Of a stretch of DNA of 64,000 nucleotides, positions 39,905 to 49,920 are shown piece after piece; within the stretch, counting starts at the first letter, position 1, and the number at the start of each line of letters is the position of its first letter. The DNA lies in NCBI GenBank assembly GCA_032128375.1, contig JAQBGU010000099.1, forward strand, positions 1-64,000, given 5' to 3'. The notes under the pieces are model-generated. The model made no database searches and was not told the DNA's origin. It saw only the letters and a list, made by a program, of their open reading frames with translations. The position numbers were made by a program, and so were the translations under genes. This stretch comes from Deltaproteobacteria bacterium. Lineage in GTDB: Bacteria; Myxococcota_A; UBA9160; SMWR01.

Positions 39905-41839
39905 ATGTCAAAGCCGACCATCTCAAGAGTCCGTCAGAAGCCTGCAGGGACCGGAGCACTCGCACAGATGTTAGCCGTCGCTGTCCTCGCGTTGCTCTCA
40001 CTCACCAGTTCCGCCATGGCACAGGACGCCTTGGCGAATCCGAACGCGGCGCACGAGAAAGTGTACCTAGGGTCCCCCGACGGTTATCCATCGGCGACCG
40101 AGTGCGGCGAGTGTCACCCGACGCAATATCGACAGTGGTCGGTTTCCCAGCATGCCTACGCTCAGTTGAGTCCCGTCTTCAACACCATGCAGGGTGCCAT
40201 CTCGGTTCTCACCAACGGCACACTCGGCGATTTCTGCGAGCGGTGTCACAACCAGGTCGGCATGAACCTCGGGGAGCCGACGTTCGACAGCAATATCGAC
40301 CGTCACCCGACGTCGCGAGAGGGCATCAGCTGCGTGGTATGCCATCGCGTAACGCAGGCATACAGCAAGATTTCGGGACGCCTGTTCCTCGAAGAGTCTC
40401 CGATCACTGGGACGATCTACGGTCCTGTCGGCGACAACACCGAATTGGATGCGGCGATCAAAGCGGGGGGTCTCGTCACCGACCCGGATCGTTCGGGCCG
40501 CAAGGTTCACGCGAAAAGCGATCAATTCTTCCAGCTCAACACAGGAGGCTTCTGTGGGATCTGCCACGATGTGGTCGAACTCAATGGCTTCCGGCTCGAG
40601 GACGCGTTCAGCGAGTGGAAGAACTCACCTGCGGCCAAGGCCGGAATTTCCTGCCAGGACTGTCACATGGGTGTCGAACCCGGAAAAATCGTCGTCGATC
40701 GCGATGATCCCGAATTCGATCGAAAGAACTACGCGTTCGGCCCGGCGGCCAGTGTGGGTGGGCGCGATACGGCGGCCCGCAAGCTGACCAATCACCGATT
40801 CGTCGGCCCTGACTACAGCGTCGTCCACCCGGCGCTGTTTCCGTTGGCGCTCGGCGCGATCAAGGAAGAATCCCAGAAGAACGACCCGACCGCGCAGGGC
40901 CTGGCGACGATTCGCGAGTGGTTGACGTTCGATTGGAAGGCCGGTTGGGGTACCGACGAATTCGAAGAGACCGAGCCCGACGAATCGCAGTTCCCGGAAA
41001 GATGGGAAGCGGTCGACGACCGCTACGACGCGCGAGCCATCATCGATGGCAACCTGGCATTGCTGGCGGAAATGCGCGGCGAACAGTTGAAGCTGTTGCG
41101 CAACGGCTACGTGCTCGGTGAGATCAAGACGATCTCGACGACTGAGGCAGCTTGGGCCCGGCCTGGGTTCCTGTTCATGCCCGGCATCGCAAAGACCGTG
41201 GGTAGCTGGTTCGGCGCGGGTAAGCGGGACATCAATTTCTCAGTCGAAGTCAAGAGCGGACAGCCGGGACACAATGTTCCGACCGGCTTCGACGGCGAAA
41301 GAGTCGTATGGCTGCACACCCGGGTCATCGATGCGAACGGCAAGCAAGTATTCGTCTCTGGCGACCTCGATCCCAACGGCGACATCCGCGACCTCCACTC
41401 GCTGTACGTCCACAATGCTGAATTGCCGCTCGACACGCAGTTGTTCAACCTGCAGGGCAAGTTCATCACGACGATGGTGCGAGGCCCCGAGCGAGAGGCG
41501 GTCATTGCCGTTCCGCGCTCACCGACCGCATCTCGCTTCTTGGGTCCGGAGTTCCGTTCCAGCGCGCTGCTCGGGCGCCACTTCGGCGCGCGCAAGCACC
41601 GACTCGGAATCGAGCCCTACGGCCACCGCTTTGCCAAGTACAGCATCAAGGCGAGCCAACTTTCGGGAGCGGCGCCCTATACAGCCATCATCCAACTCAA
41701 GGCTGCAATGATCCCACCGAACCTCGTAGCGGAAGTCGGATTCCTCGGATTCGATTATGGACTGAGCCCTCGGGAAATCGCCGAGCGCGTCGTTGCCGGA
41801 CACCAGATCGTCTGGGAACGTGAATTCAAGCTGCAGTGA
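39905..41839 (+). CDS. Pentaheme cytochrome c (c554/c552-like) with C-terminal beta-rich domain
   Basis: Signal peptide (AMA), 5 CxxCH, GHNVPTG motif. Confidence 0.9.
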   Translation: MSKPTISRVRQKPAGTGALAQMLAVAVLALLSLTSSAMAQDALANPNAAHEKVYLGSPDGYPSATECGECHPTQYRQWSVSQHAYAQLSPVFNTMQGAISVLTNGTLGDFCERCHNQVGMNLGEPTFDSNIDRHPTSREGISCVVCHRVTQAYSKISGRLFLEESPITGTIYGPVGDNTELDAAIKAGGLVTDPDRSGRKVHAKSDQFFQLNTGGFCGICHDVVELNGFRLEDAFSEWKNSPAAKAGISCQDCHMGVEPGKIVVDRDDPEFDRKNYAFGPAASVGGRDTAARKLTNHRFVGPDYSVVHPALFPLALGAIKEESQKNDPTAQGLATIREWLTFDWKAGWGTDEFEETEPDESQFPERWEAVDDRYDARAIIDGNLALLAEMRGEQLKLLRNGYVLGEIKTISTTEAAWARPGFLFMPGIAKTVGSWFGAGKRDINFSVEVKSGQPGHNVPTGFDGERVVWLHTRVIDANGKQVFVSGDLDPNGDIRDLHSLYVHNAELPLDTQLFNLQGKFITTMVRGPEREAVIAVPRSPTASRFLGPEFRSSALLGRHFGARKHRLGIEPYGHRFAKYSIKASQLSGAAPYTAIIQLKAAMIPPNLVAEVGFLGFDYGLSPREIAERVVAGHQIVWEREFKLQ

Positions 41840-43470
41840 TCCGGATGACCAACATGCTGCATTTCAAAATCTGGCATCAACCCAACGCCTCCCAGGACAC
41901 AGGAAGCCTCGATATGCAAGGCGCACAAGCGTTCAGGTTCGGTTCAGTGACTCGAAGCATGCTCGTCACGTTCGTCATCGTGGCGATCGGTTTCGGCGAC
42001 GCGGGGGCCGCGTTCGCGGCAGCGGAATCGGAAGAAGAACACCACACCCCGTGGCCGTTGAGTTGGATGGGTTTCGATTACCACAGCAGTCGCATGACTG
42101 ACGTGGCCGTTCCGGAGATCGATTCCTCGTTCATCCCGGCGCGTCCCCGCCGACTCGAACTCGGCAACGCCTTCGTTGGAACAGGGCCGATTTCGAAAGG
42201 CTGGGAACTTCCGACGGGAGCCATCTGGACCCCGTCACTACTGTTTTTCGGCAGCTATCGCACCGCGTTGCAGCGCTTCGCACCACTCGATGAAGAAGAC
42301 GACCTCAGCGAGTGGGCCAACCGGTTGGACATTTTCGGCAACCTGATCCTATCGGGTACCGAAAGGATCACCGCCCGGCTGCGACCTTTCGATGAGGGCT
42401 TCACCGGTCCCGCGCCGCAGAGCGGTCGATTTACCGGCTACTACTTCAATCCGGGGGGCGACGGGAAAAAGGAATTCAACGCCGACCTGATCAACCTGTT
42501 CTTTGAGGGTGACATCGGTGAAATGTTCCCGAATCTCGACCCCGAAGACATACTCCCGCTCGACATCTCTTTCACGGTCGGTCGACAGGCACTGTTCTAC
42601 CAGGAAGGTCTGCTGATCTTCGACACGATGGATGCGGTGGGCGTCACCAAGAACAGCATCCGGTTGCCCGGCATGTCGAATCTGCAGATCGCATTCCTGT
42701 ACGCATGGAACGAGATCAACCGCGGCGACAACTTCGAGCGCCGGATCAATGAGAACGGTACTCAGGGCGAGGGTTACCGAAACCTGGATCTGTTCGGGTT
42801 GTTCTTCGCCGTCGACTCGCCCTGGAGCACCATCAATCTCGATTTCGTCTACGTCAAGGACAATAGTGACGACCAGGACGGGATGTATGGCGGAATCAGC
42901 TTCGTTCAGCGAGTGGGACACCTGTCGACCGCGATCCGCATGCTTGGATCGGTCGCAATCGACGAGCCCGCACCGCGCATCGGAATGAATAACATGGGCC
43001 CGACCTCTGCGGTCGACACCGGGATGGTCATATTCGGCGAGCTTGGCTGGACCCCACCCCACTCGGCAAACTACGTGTACTTGAACCAGTGGATTGGAAT
43101 CAACGACTACACGCCGGCTGCGCGAACCCCGGGGACCGGAGGCCCAATGGGTCGAGCAGGACTGTTGACCGCAGGACAGGGCCTGGGCCGTTACGCGGCT
43201 CCGATCTCCAACTTCGCACAGGATGTCTACGCCGGCGTATTCGGTTACCAGATGATTCTCGACGGTTTGGCTGCCCGACGGCAGCTGGTCTTCGAAATCG
43301 GTTGGCGCCAGGACCTCAACAATGCGAACACGCGAGCCGGCGCGACGTTGCTGCGCTTCCAGCAGGCGTTCGGCCAGCACACGCTGATGCAGCTCGACCT
43401 GTTCGGCCGAGTGCAGCAGAAGGAGTCTGCGGGCTGGGGCGGTCGAATGGAGTGGCGCTACGCATTCTGA
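41836..43470 (+). CDS. Probable outer-membrane beta-barrel protein (start uncertain, possibly 41914)
   Basis: Signal peptide, alternating amphipathic strands, C-terminal GGRMEWRYAF with terminal Phe. Confidence 0.7.
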   Translation: MIRMTNMLHFKIWHQPNASQDTGSLDMQGAQAFRFGSVTRSMLVTFVIVAIGFGDAGAAFAAAESEEEHHTPWPLSWMGFDYHSSRMTDVAVPEIDSSFIPARPRRLELGNAFVGTGPISKGWELPTGAIWTPSLLFFGSYRTALQRFAPLDEEDDLSEWANRLDIFGNLILSGTERITARLRPFDEGFTGPAPQSGRFTGYYFNPGGDGKKEFNADLINLFFEGDIGEMFPNLDPEDILPLDISFTVGRQALFYQEGLLIFDTMDAVGVTKNSIRLPGMSNLQIAFLYAWNEINRGDNFERRINENGTQGEGYRNLDLFGLFFAVDSPWSTINLDFVYVKDNSDDQDGMYGGISFVQRVGHLSTAIRMLGSVAIDEPAPRIGMNNMGPTSAVDTGMVIFGELGWTPPHSANYVYLNQWIGINDYTPAARTPGTGGPMGRAGLLTAGQGLGRYAAPISNFAQDVYAGVFGYQMILDGLAARRQLVFEIGWRQDLNNANTRAGATLLRFQQAFGQHTLMQLDLFGRVQQKESAGWGGRMEWRYAF

Positions 43471-43696
43471 TTCGCTGCCGTCGGGGAAGCGACAGGTTGA
43501 CGCCATACAGCTTGGCTCTCTCTAGAGAGCACGGGATCAGAAAGAGCACCGAATTCTGAACATCGTTGTCGCTTGTCTGCGTAGAATCGCGCCTCGGACC
43601 GTGAATCAACCCCCCGCCCCGCCCGTCTGAAGTCCGGCGGCCGGGTGACGGGTTCAAAATCCCCAATCGCGTTCAAAACTTCGGGAGGAGTCGTAA

Positions 43697-44773
43697 ATGC
43701 AGCGAACGGAATCGAGTATCACTTGGGGGCTGTTGCTAGCCGCCATCGCCGCTCTCGCAATCACCAGCGACGCCTTGGCGGGGGGAAACCCGTACCGAAC
43801 ACCCGCGCAAGAGAAGGCCGACGCAGCCAACGTCATCGGCCCGGACAAAGTCGAGAATAACTGCCAGAGCTGCCATGCAGCCGAGTACGACGCTTGGCTC
43901 CACAGTCGCCACTTCGCGACGATCAAGGATCGCCACCGCTCACCCCGCGCCAAAGAAGTTCTCGACAACATGGGACAAAAGAGCATGAAGCGCGCCGGAG
44001 ACTGCCGGCAATGCCACTACACCTCGGTTTTGCGCAACGACGACCTCACCGCGCAATGGGGCGTCTCGTGCGAGTCTTGTCATGGCGTCGCGGCCGCCTG
44101 GAACCCGATCCACAACAAATCGGGCGGCACCACGATCGAGTGGGGCACTGGCAAAAGCGGCGATGCGGCCGCCCGCGCAGCACGACTGAAGCCGGCAGTC
44201 GCGAAGGGCATGATCCATTCCGACATGACGTACGAAATCGCCACGAACTGTTTCGGCTGCCATACCGTCCCCAACGAGCCTCTCGTCAACAAGGGTGACC
44301 ACAAGGCGGGCAGCGACGAATTCGAACTCGCGTCCTGGTCGCAGGGCGAGGTGCGTCACAGCTTCGTCACCTCCCCCGGCGCACCCGACAACCCGACCAA
44401 CCGGGTGGGTACGGCAAACCAGCTGCGGCGCCTGTTTGTTGTCGGCAAACTTGTCGACTTGGAATACACGCTGCGGAACATCTCCGTCGCCCAGGAGAAG
44501 GGCGGCAAGTTCCACTCCGCGATGATCGCTCGCGCCAACAAAGTCCGTGGGCAGCTCGCGGCGATCCTGAAGGCTGTGCCGATTCCCGAGATTGCGGGAG
44601 CCGTCAATGCGGTTCCGGCAAGCATTACAGATGCGACCCCGATCAGTGAGAGCCTTGCTGCCAATCTGGGAGCGGCGGCGAAGAAATTCGCCGAGACCAA
44701 CGATGGCTCGAAGCTGGCTGCACTCGACAGCATGATCCCAAGCACGCCCAAAGGAACCCCCTTCAAGGGATAG
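43697..44773 (+). CDS. Tetraheme cytochrome c (c554-like)
   Basis: GGAGGA RBS, signal peptide (ALA), 4 CxxCH including GVSCESCHG. Confidence 0.92.
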   Translation: MQRTESSITWGLLLAAIAALAITSDALAGGNPYRTPAQEKADAANVIGPDKVENNCQSCHAAEYDAWLHSRHFATIKDRHRSPRAKEVLDNMGQKSMKRAGDCRQCHYTSVLRNDDLTAQWGVSCESCHGVAAAWNPIHNKSGGTTIEWGTGKSGDAAARAARLKPAVAKGMIHSDMTYEIATNCFGCHTVPNEPLVNKGDHKAGSDEFELASWSQGEVRHSFVTSPGAPDNPTNRVGTANQLRRLFVVGKLVDLEYTLRNISVAQEKGGKFHSAMIARANKVRGQLAAILKAVPIPEIAGAVNAVPASITDATPISESLAANLGAAAKKFAETNDGSKLAALDSMIPSTPKGTPFKG

Positions 44774-44864
44774 GGATCGGGGCAGAAAACGAATTCTGAG
44801 CGGCGAATCCGTTCGCCGAATCCTCGCGGCCCATCCGGGTTCGCTATGGTCGGAATCGGCGCAG

Positions 44865-45800
44865 ATGAGCAATCCGAATTCGCTAAGAGCCTCGACGGCA
44901 TCTCAAAGTCACGTCGGCCAGGTACGTTCCGCTAACCAGGACGTGTGCGGGGAATTCTCGGACGTCCGTGGTCGCCAGCTGCTCGTCGTAGCGGACGGGA
45001 TGGGTGGCCATGCCGGCGGCGAAACGGCCAGTCGACTCGCACTCGAGACAATCGGTGAGATCTTCGGCGCGGGCTTCGAGGACCCGGTCGCGATGCTTCG
45101 CGATGCCCTGGAGGGCGCCAACGCCAAGATCCACCAGGTCGGGAACCAAGACCCCGATCTCCACAACATGGGGACCACCGCCGTCGCACTCCTGATTGGC
45201 GTTGGGGAGACGTTCTCGATCGCTCACGTAGGTGACAGTCGAGCCTACCGGATGCGGGCGGGCCGACTCCAGCAGATCACAGAGGATCACTCCTGGGTCT
45301 GGGAGGAGGTTCGCCAGCATCGGCTAGCAGCCGAAGACGCCGAATCGCACCCGATGAAGAACGTGTTGCTCAGATCTCTTGGAGTGGCGCCCGAAGTCGA
45401 AATCTCCGTGATGAGTCAGCCGCTCCTGCCTGGCGATCGCTTCATGCTGTGCAGCGACGGATTATGGGGCGAAGTCGGGTCGACGGCGATTGGCGAAATC
45501 ATGGCGCGCTCGGACGCCCCGACCGCGGTACGCGACTTAGTCGACCTAGCAAACCGCAACGGCGGTTCCGACAATGTCACTGTCGTGGTGGCGATCGTGC
45601 CGGACGGCAAATCCGAGTTCACGCTCGAATCCGACATTGTTTCACATCCCACAGAGTCCGTCACACTACCCTTGGACGCGCGCGTCACCGTTGCTGGCAA
45701 AGCTGCGAACATGCGAACCCGCTTGCCAAGGTGGGCGGGACCGGTCCTCGCATTCGGCGCCGGCCTTCTGGTGGTGCTGCTGTTATGGGCGAGCGTCTGA
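44865..45800 (+). CDS. PP2C/PPM Ser/Thr phosphatase with C-terminal TM
   Basis: VADGMGGH, GTT, HVGDSRAY, DHS, LCSDGL, GGSDNVT. Confidence 0.95.
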   Translation: MSNPNSLRASTASQSHVGQVRSANQDVCGEFSDVRGRQLLVVADGMGGHAGGETASRLALETIGEIFGAGFEDPVAMLRDALEGANAKIHQVGNQDPDLHNMGTTAVALLIGVGETFSIAHVGDSRAYRMRAGRLQQITEDHSWVWEEVRQHRLAAEDAESHPMKNVLLRSLGVAPEVEISVMSQPLLPGDRFMLCSDGLWGEVGSTAIGEIMARSDAPTAVRDLVDLANRNGGSDNVTVVVAIVPDGKSEFTLESDIVSHPTESVTLPLDARVTVAGKAANMRTRLPRWAGPVLAFGAGLLVVLLLWASV

Positions 45801-45846
45801 CGAGATCCGCGTCCGCGTCATCGGTCGCCCGCCGTCCAACCGCGCG

Positions 45847-47265
45847 TTAGCGAGTCATGCGAAACGTGGCGATCTGCTCGCGTTCGAGCCGCCCAGCTGG
45901 TTCGAACGAAGCCCCTTCCGGTAGCGCGCGAAAGGTCGGCTCCGATATCAGCAGACCATTTTCATCGGCATCCTTTTGCAGGTGTCCCGCTACGTCGAGC
46001 ACTTCGCTGTAGGCGACGCCGCGCTTCTTATCGACGAGCGACGAGCCGGTGTGAATTCCGATTCTCAGGCGGAACGGCGACGGCAGCGCATTCTGATCCT
46101 CGTTGAACGCATCGAGTCGATCCAAAATGGCACGACCGGCATCGACGGAACGCGGCGTAGATTCGAAAAAGCACATCAGCTCGTCGCCGTTGCTGTTGAG
46201 AACCATCCCGTTGAATTCTTCGATCACAGCGGTGATCCAGGCGCGCCAACGCTCGAATGAGACAATGATCAACTCGGGGCGTCTGGACTCGGCCTTCATC
46301 CCGTAGGAGCCCACGACATCGACATCGAGAAAGCTGCCGTGGACCGCGAACTTCTCCTCGATTTCGCGGTCACGAACGAGTTTCTCTTCCATTCGGACCT
46401 GCAGCGATGTCTGGTCGGTCCGTTGCGACGCAGGCTTCGTTGTCCCCGCTGGCGCCGGGGCTGGAGATTCACGACGAGAAACCGCAGCGAGTCCCTGGTA
46501 ATCCAAGCGCAGCACGACACAGTCGGCCAATTGGAGCTCGTCATCGGGCACGATCTCCTGGCGATCGGCGACGATGACCCCGTTGACGAAGGTCTGGTTC
46601 ACCGAGCTGTGATGTACCACGAAGACGCGTTCATCCTCCCATAGAATCTCTGCGTGGCGCCGAGATACCGCGCGCACATCCAGGAAAACGGCTGATGCGG
46701 GGTCCCGGCCGATGACGCAATTGGGCGGCTCGAGCCTCATCCGCTTGCCCTCGGCTCCCTCGACCCCAGCGACGACCACGAGCGAGTACCCCGGAACGAT
46801 CACGGCGCGGACTTCAGTGGTTTCGCCCGCCATCTGCGCTGTATCGGCGACCTGGCGCTCGTGCTCGCCCGATGACTCCAGCAACGTCCCGAGTGCGAAA
46901 CCGTCGCGTGTGCGTACCTCGAGCATCACACGCCCCATCTGAATCTGATCACCCGCTCGGATCGGCGAGCGGGTGATGACCTGGCCATTGACCAACGTTG
47001 GGTTTGTCGCACCACGATGATGCTCGATCACCGTGTCACCGTCCTCTCGGCGGATCATGGCCTGCTGTCCAGATATCGTCGGATCTCGAAGCAGGATCGA
47101 GCCCGGCTGGCCCGAGCGTGGGACTCCCCGGGCGATTGCGACGTTGTTCGCGTCGATCGTGAATTTTTGTCCCGCGTCCTCGCCTTCGAGAACCAGGAGT
47201 TCCAGAACCTGTTCGGGCGTCGCTTCCCGATTTTTCTTCTTGAATGAACTGAGCCAATCCGCCAA
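45847..47265 (-). CDS. FHA-FHA-class III nucleotide cyclase
   Basis: Two FHA domains (ISGQQA..TNPTLVNG; IGRD..VSRRHA..VNQTFVNG) then LDVDVVGS, NGDELM, RLRIGIHTG. Confidence 0.85.
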   Translation of the reverse strand: MADWLSSFKKKNREATPEQVLELLVLEGEDAGQKFTIDANNVAIARGVPRSGQPGSILLRDPTISGQQAMIRREDGDTVIEHHRGATNPTLVNGQVITRSPIRAGDQIQMGRVMLEVRTRDGFALGTLLESSGEHERQVADTAQMAGETTEVRAVIVPGYSLVVVAGVEGAEGKRMRLEPPNCVIGRDPASAVFLDVRAVSRRHAEILWEDERVFVVHHSSVNQTFVNGVIVADRQEIVPDDELQLADCVVLRLDYQGLAAVSRRESPAPAPAGTTKPASQRTDQTSLQVRMEEKLVRDREIEEKFAVHGSFLDVDVVGSYGMKAESRRPELIIVSFERWRAWITAVIEEFNGMVLNSNGDELMCFFESTPRSVDAGRAILDRLDAFNEDQNALPSPFRLRIGIHTGSSLVDKKRGVAYSEVLDVAGHLQKDADENGLLISEPTFRALPEGASFEPAGRLEREQIATFRMTR

Positions 47266-47444
47266 CGCTCGACCCCCGCAACTCCCTTGGAACGTTCACT
47301 GAGACTTTCAATTGGGACTCTCAATGGGACTCTGCTCCCGACTCGACCCCACTCGACCCCACTGGAACCGAACGCCGCTCGTTGGCAACCGACTCCGTTT
47401 GCCGGAGTCAACGAGCAGCAATCAGGTGGGGCGTTGAACCAGGG

Positions 47445-48665
47445 ATGGTTAATATTCCACTCTTGAACCGCCCTGTCCAAGCGCATCGCTCAGAAATCGA
47501 CCGGCAACCGCTGCGGATCGCATCGTTGAATGTCTGGGGTCTGCGCTGGCCTTTTGCGCGAGATATCGCGGCACGCATGGACGCAATCGCGCTCGCGCTC
47601 CCGGGTCTGGAAGCGGACGTCATCACCTTTCAGGAGGTTTGGACCCGCGAAGTCGCGACGGTCCTCCGCGAGGCTGGGACGCGCGCGGGGCTGATTCACC
47701 AATTCGATGCCCAAGCTCTCACAGGCGGCAGTGGCCTGTTGGTTCTGTCTCGTCACCCGATCTCACAGTCCCGCTTTGAACGCTACCTGATGGGCGGCCT
47801 GCCGGAACGAATCAGGCATGCAGATTACTGGGGTGGAAAGGGCTACACCCAGTTGGAGATTTCGAGCCGTGCAGGCCCCATCGCACTGATCAATACCCAC
47901 CTTCACGCGCAATATGCCGAGGCTGCATACCCGAGTTATCGAAGCCACCGGATGGGCCAGGTCGTGCAACTCGCGTTCGGACTGTCTCGCATCAGCGCCC
48001 CCGTGGTCGCAGCGGGCGACTTCAACATGCGAGAGGCGTGGCCGGAGTACCGCGCTTTCACCGGCTTGACCGGCATGCGGGACTGCGCGGCCGAACGCGA
48101 GCATCGCCAACCGACCAACCTCGACTCGAACCCCTACCACGCCGGCCGGTCGGAGGGCGATTCGCGGATCGACTACGTGTTCGCCAAAGATGGGGTCGAA
48201 TCATCCATCGATGTGATCTCCTCGAAGCGAATCTTCGATTCGGATCTGGAAATCGACGGACATCGCGCCAGCTATTCCGACCATGCGGGGCTGTTGGTCG
48301 ATGTGGCGATCCGCAACCAACCGGGCGCCTCTCACACCCCGAACCCAGCGGCCGTGGAACTGGCGCGGAAAGGCCTGGCGACGGGCCGAGGCCTGGCAGA
48401 GCAGCGACAGCGCCGCGAGCGTTGGGAGGCCCTGGCCGGCATCGGAGTCGGCGGGCTCGCGATCGCGAGCCGTCGCAGCGCCCCACTAGCGCGGCGCAAA
48501 TTCCTGCGAGCACTGCTGGGAGGGGTGGCCGCGGTCGGGGTGGGTTCGGCGCTCGGATTCGCAGCGCTATCAGAATTCACTGTCCGTCAAGAACTCGAAA
48601 ATTACCAAGAAGTGGAGCGTCAGCTCGACGATCTGGCTGCGCGTTCGCTTTCGCAGCGAACATGA
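47445..48665 (+). CDS. EEP-family phosphodiesterase, Isc1/SMPD2 sphingomyelinase-like
   Basis: LNVWG, QEVW, SGL, DYWGGKG, NTHLHAQY, GDFN, RIDY, SDH; two C-terminal hydrophobic segments. Confidence 0.85.
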   Translation: MVNIPLLNRPVQAHRSEIDRQPLRIASLNVWGLRWPFARDIAARMDAIALALPGLEADVITFQEVWTREVATVLREAGTRAGLIHQFDAQALTGGSGLLVLSRHPISQSRFERYLMGGLPERIRHADYWGGKGYTQLEISSRAGPIALINTHLHAQYAEAAYPSYRSHRMGQVVQLAFGLSRISAPVVAAGDFNMREAWPEYRAFTGLTGMRDCAAEREHRQPTNLDSNPYHAGRSEGDSRIDYVFAKDGVESSIDVISSKRIFDSDLEIDGHRASYSDHAGLLVDVAIRNQPGASHTPNPAAVELARKGLATGRGLAEQRQRRERWEALAGIGVGGLAIASRRSAPLARRKFLRALLGGVAAVGVGSALGFAALSEFTVRQELENYQEVERQLDDLAARSLSQRT

Positions 48666-48823
48666 AGCGGGTTACCGAATCCGAGTGATTCGTTTTGGAT
48701 AGAATGGCCCGGCTCGAGGCCGCTGGATCGTTGGATTGGCAATCGTTCGTTTTCCCGTTGTCGCAAACGGGGCCAATCGGCCAACAGGCCAACAGGCCAG
48801 CAGGCAAGTCGAGAGGAGAGCGC

Positions 48824-49582
48824 ATGTCGTTGTCGGGTCGGGTCGCGTTGGTTACGGGCGGGAGCCGGGGAATCGGCCGGGCCATATCGCTCGCACTCGC
48901 AAGCGACGGTGCTGATATCGCAGTCAACTACCGCAGGGACCTCGATTCCGCGGATGCGACTGTCGCTGAAATCCGGGCACTGGGCCGCAGGGCGGCGAGC
49001 TTCCAGGCCTCAGTGGGAGATTGGGAGCAGGACGTTGCGATGGTAGAGAGCGCACTCTCCGAGTTCGGACACATCGACATTTTGATCAACAATGCGGGCG
49101 TGGCCAGCCGTGGTCGGTCCGTCGCAGATACCGACCCCGCAGAAATGGAACGCGTCGTTCGCACACACGCCTTTGCGCCCCACTATCTCTCGAAACTCGT
49201 GCTTCCCAGTATGAGAACCCAGGCGCGCGGCGACATCATCATGATTTCGAGCGCCGCGACCCACTATTTTGCCGGATACGGGGGCCCCTACAACATGGGG
49301 AAGGCGGCCATGGAAGCGCTCGCCTACACGCTGGCGAAAGAAGAGCGCGGCAATGGCATCCACGTGAACATCGTAGCGCCCGGTCTGGTCGACACCGACA
49401 TGGGAAAGCGACTCGTCAAAGCCACTCAAGGCGTCGACGACCTGCGGAAGCTGGATGGCGCAATGCCGTTCGGCCACGTCTGCCAGCCCGAAGAAGTTGC
49501 CGACACCGTTCGGTTTCTCGTATCCGACGCCGCGCGCTACGTCACCGGACAGCGCATTTACGTCGACGGAGGCGGAGCCTGA
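48824..49582 (+). CDS. SDR-family oxidoreductase
   Basis: TGGSRGIG, NNAG, YNMGK, TGQRIYVDGG. Confidence 0.93.
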   Translation: MSLSGRVALVTGGSRGIGRAISLALASDGADIAVNYRRDLDSADATVAEIRALGRRAASFQASVGDWEQDVAMVESALSEFGHIDILINNAGVASRGRSVADTDPAEMERVVRTHAFAPHYLSKLVLPSMRTQARGDIIMISSAATHYFAGYGGPYNMGKAAMEALAYTLAKEERGNGIHVNIVAPGLVDTDMGKRLVKATQGVDDLRKLDGAMPFGHVCQPEEVADTVRFLVSDAARYVTGQRIYVDGGGA

Positions 49583-49920
49583 AGTTGCGCATGCGTTGCC
49601 GCCTGGCGTAGTTCCGTCAATTACCGGATTGTACCCTTCAATATCACTGCATCACTGCCTGCCTGTCGTATTCCACGGTGCGCTCAGCAAGTGTAACCCT
49701 CGACGCCAATCTGGAACCAAACTTCCCTCCCCGCTTCCCCTCTGGGCGCGCATTCCAGCGGCAGCATCACGGCCAAGCACCCGACGCCTACCGACTTTCG
49801 CGCAGTCGGCCCGGCCCGGCCGCCTACGGCAAGCGGCTTGCATGCACATGGTGTTAGTTCGAATCCTCGATCGCTTCGGCCAACCGGCGAGATCCTCGGG
49901 AATCGAAGTGAGAAGGAACC

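Noticed and set aside
42349..43506. 385-aa minus-strand ORF and similar long antisense ORFs (8594-9664, 21395-22483, 43940-44872)
   Set aside because: Shadows of well-supported opposite-strand genes, expected in high-GC DNA
28419..47265. Type VI secretion Fha/PpkA/PppA module or Pycsar defence system
   Set aside because: No T6SS structural genes are present, and the cNMP domains are fused to Fe-S clusters rather than TIR or pore-forming effectors
47308..47363. Short duplications (TGGGACTC x2, ACTCGACCCC x2) in the cyclase/EEP divergent region as operators
   Set aside because: Only two copies each, not seen elsewhere in the window; cannot be told apart from slippage
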